A DNA stretch of 61,436 nucleotides, counting the filler, from Sphacelaria rigidula (Eukaryota), in the NCBI GenBank assembly GCA_964200075.2. It is 7 parts of 7 records of this genome, joined end to end, with 100 filler letters (N's around TTAATTAATTAA, not from the genome) between each part and the next. Parts side by side here need not be neighbours in the genome. Positions count along the whole stretch, not along the records: positions 52,748 to 61,436 come from CAXNAA020010370.1; 6 more parts are not named here. One strand, 5' to 3'. The position numbers and the translations under genes are program-made. Numbering within the stretch: position 1 is the stretch's first letter; each line of letters begins with the position of its first letter. This document shows positions 61,029 to 61,436 of this stretch, piece after piece. The notes under the pieces are model-generated. The model was given only the letters and a program-made list of their open reading frames with translations. It made no database searches and had not been told where the DNA came from.

Positions 61029-61239
61029 TGTAATGCGTGAGAGGACCGCGTGCTTAGAGGACCGCATCGGACTTCGAATACCCCTATGGTTAGGGTTAGG
61101 GTTAGTATTAGTGTTTGGGTTGGGGTCAGGGGCGTGGTACCTGCAGGGCCTGGCCCGATTGGTTTTGGAAACCGTCGATCCTGAGGTGTTTCGAGCCTCG
61201 GCGCGGTCCTCTAAGCACGCGTTCCTCTCACGCATTACA
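61029..61239. mobile_element. TGT...ACA telomeric-repeat MITE, copy 8 (TSD GCGCG, intronic)
   Basis: GCGCG|TGTAATGCGTGAGAGGACCGCGTGCTTAGAGGACCGC...(TTAGGG)n...CTCACGCATTACA|GCGCG. Confidence 0.93.
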
Positions 61240-61436
61240 GCGCGGACGGCGGACGGCGGAGGGAGGAGGAGCTCACATACATGCAGGGGGTTGGGACACC
61301 GAAGAACACGTATGAGTATAGATATCAACGAACAGGCCGTGTACACCGTATATTTTGAGACCCGATATGATGCCTGCGTTTGCTTCGCTATTGTTTTCAT
61401 TTACCACCGCAAGTGCATGGCATGGGGTGCTTTTCC

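Overview
Eukaryotic, repeat-rich DNA, very probably from a brown alga (Phaeophyceae). This is inferred from an EsV-1-7 repeat gene, a WSC-domain gene, GT-AG introns and TTAGGG-type repeats. The window is not one locus. It is seven contigs (8692, 8692, 8692, 8691, 8690, 8690 and 8689 bp) sorted by length and joined by artificial N44-TTAATTAATTAA-N44 linkers, so adjacency across linkers means nothing. Genes reconstructed by hand with phase-consistent splice sites: (i) a 5'-truncated AA15-like lytic polysaccharide monooxygenase with an acidic linker and a C-terminal CBM1 (57133-61001, -); (ii) a 5'-truncated WSC / P-T-E linker / CAP(PR-1) gene lacking both canonical CAP histidines (20314-25871, -); (iii) an intronless six-repeat EsV-1-7 gene (30446-31675, -); (iv) a less certain orphan spliced gene (1308-4284, +). 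Most remaining sequence is transposon debris: a chromodomain Ty3/Gypsy 3' end with its LTR, two RTE-like LINE relics, tRNA-derived SINEs, a solo LTR, satellites and several MITE families. The most distinctive element is a ~200-bp MITE with 37-bp TGT...ACA terminal inverted repeats, GC-rich 5-bp (once 4-bp) target-site duplications and an internal variable telomeric (CCCTAA)n tract. It has eight copies here, six of them in or just downstream of the LPMO gene.
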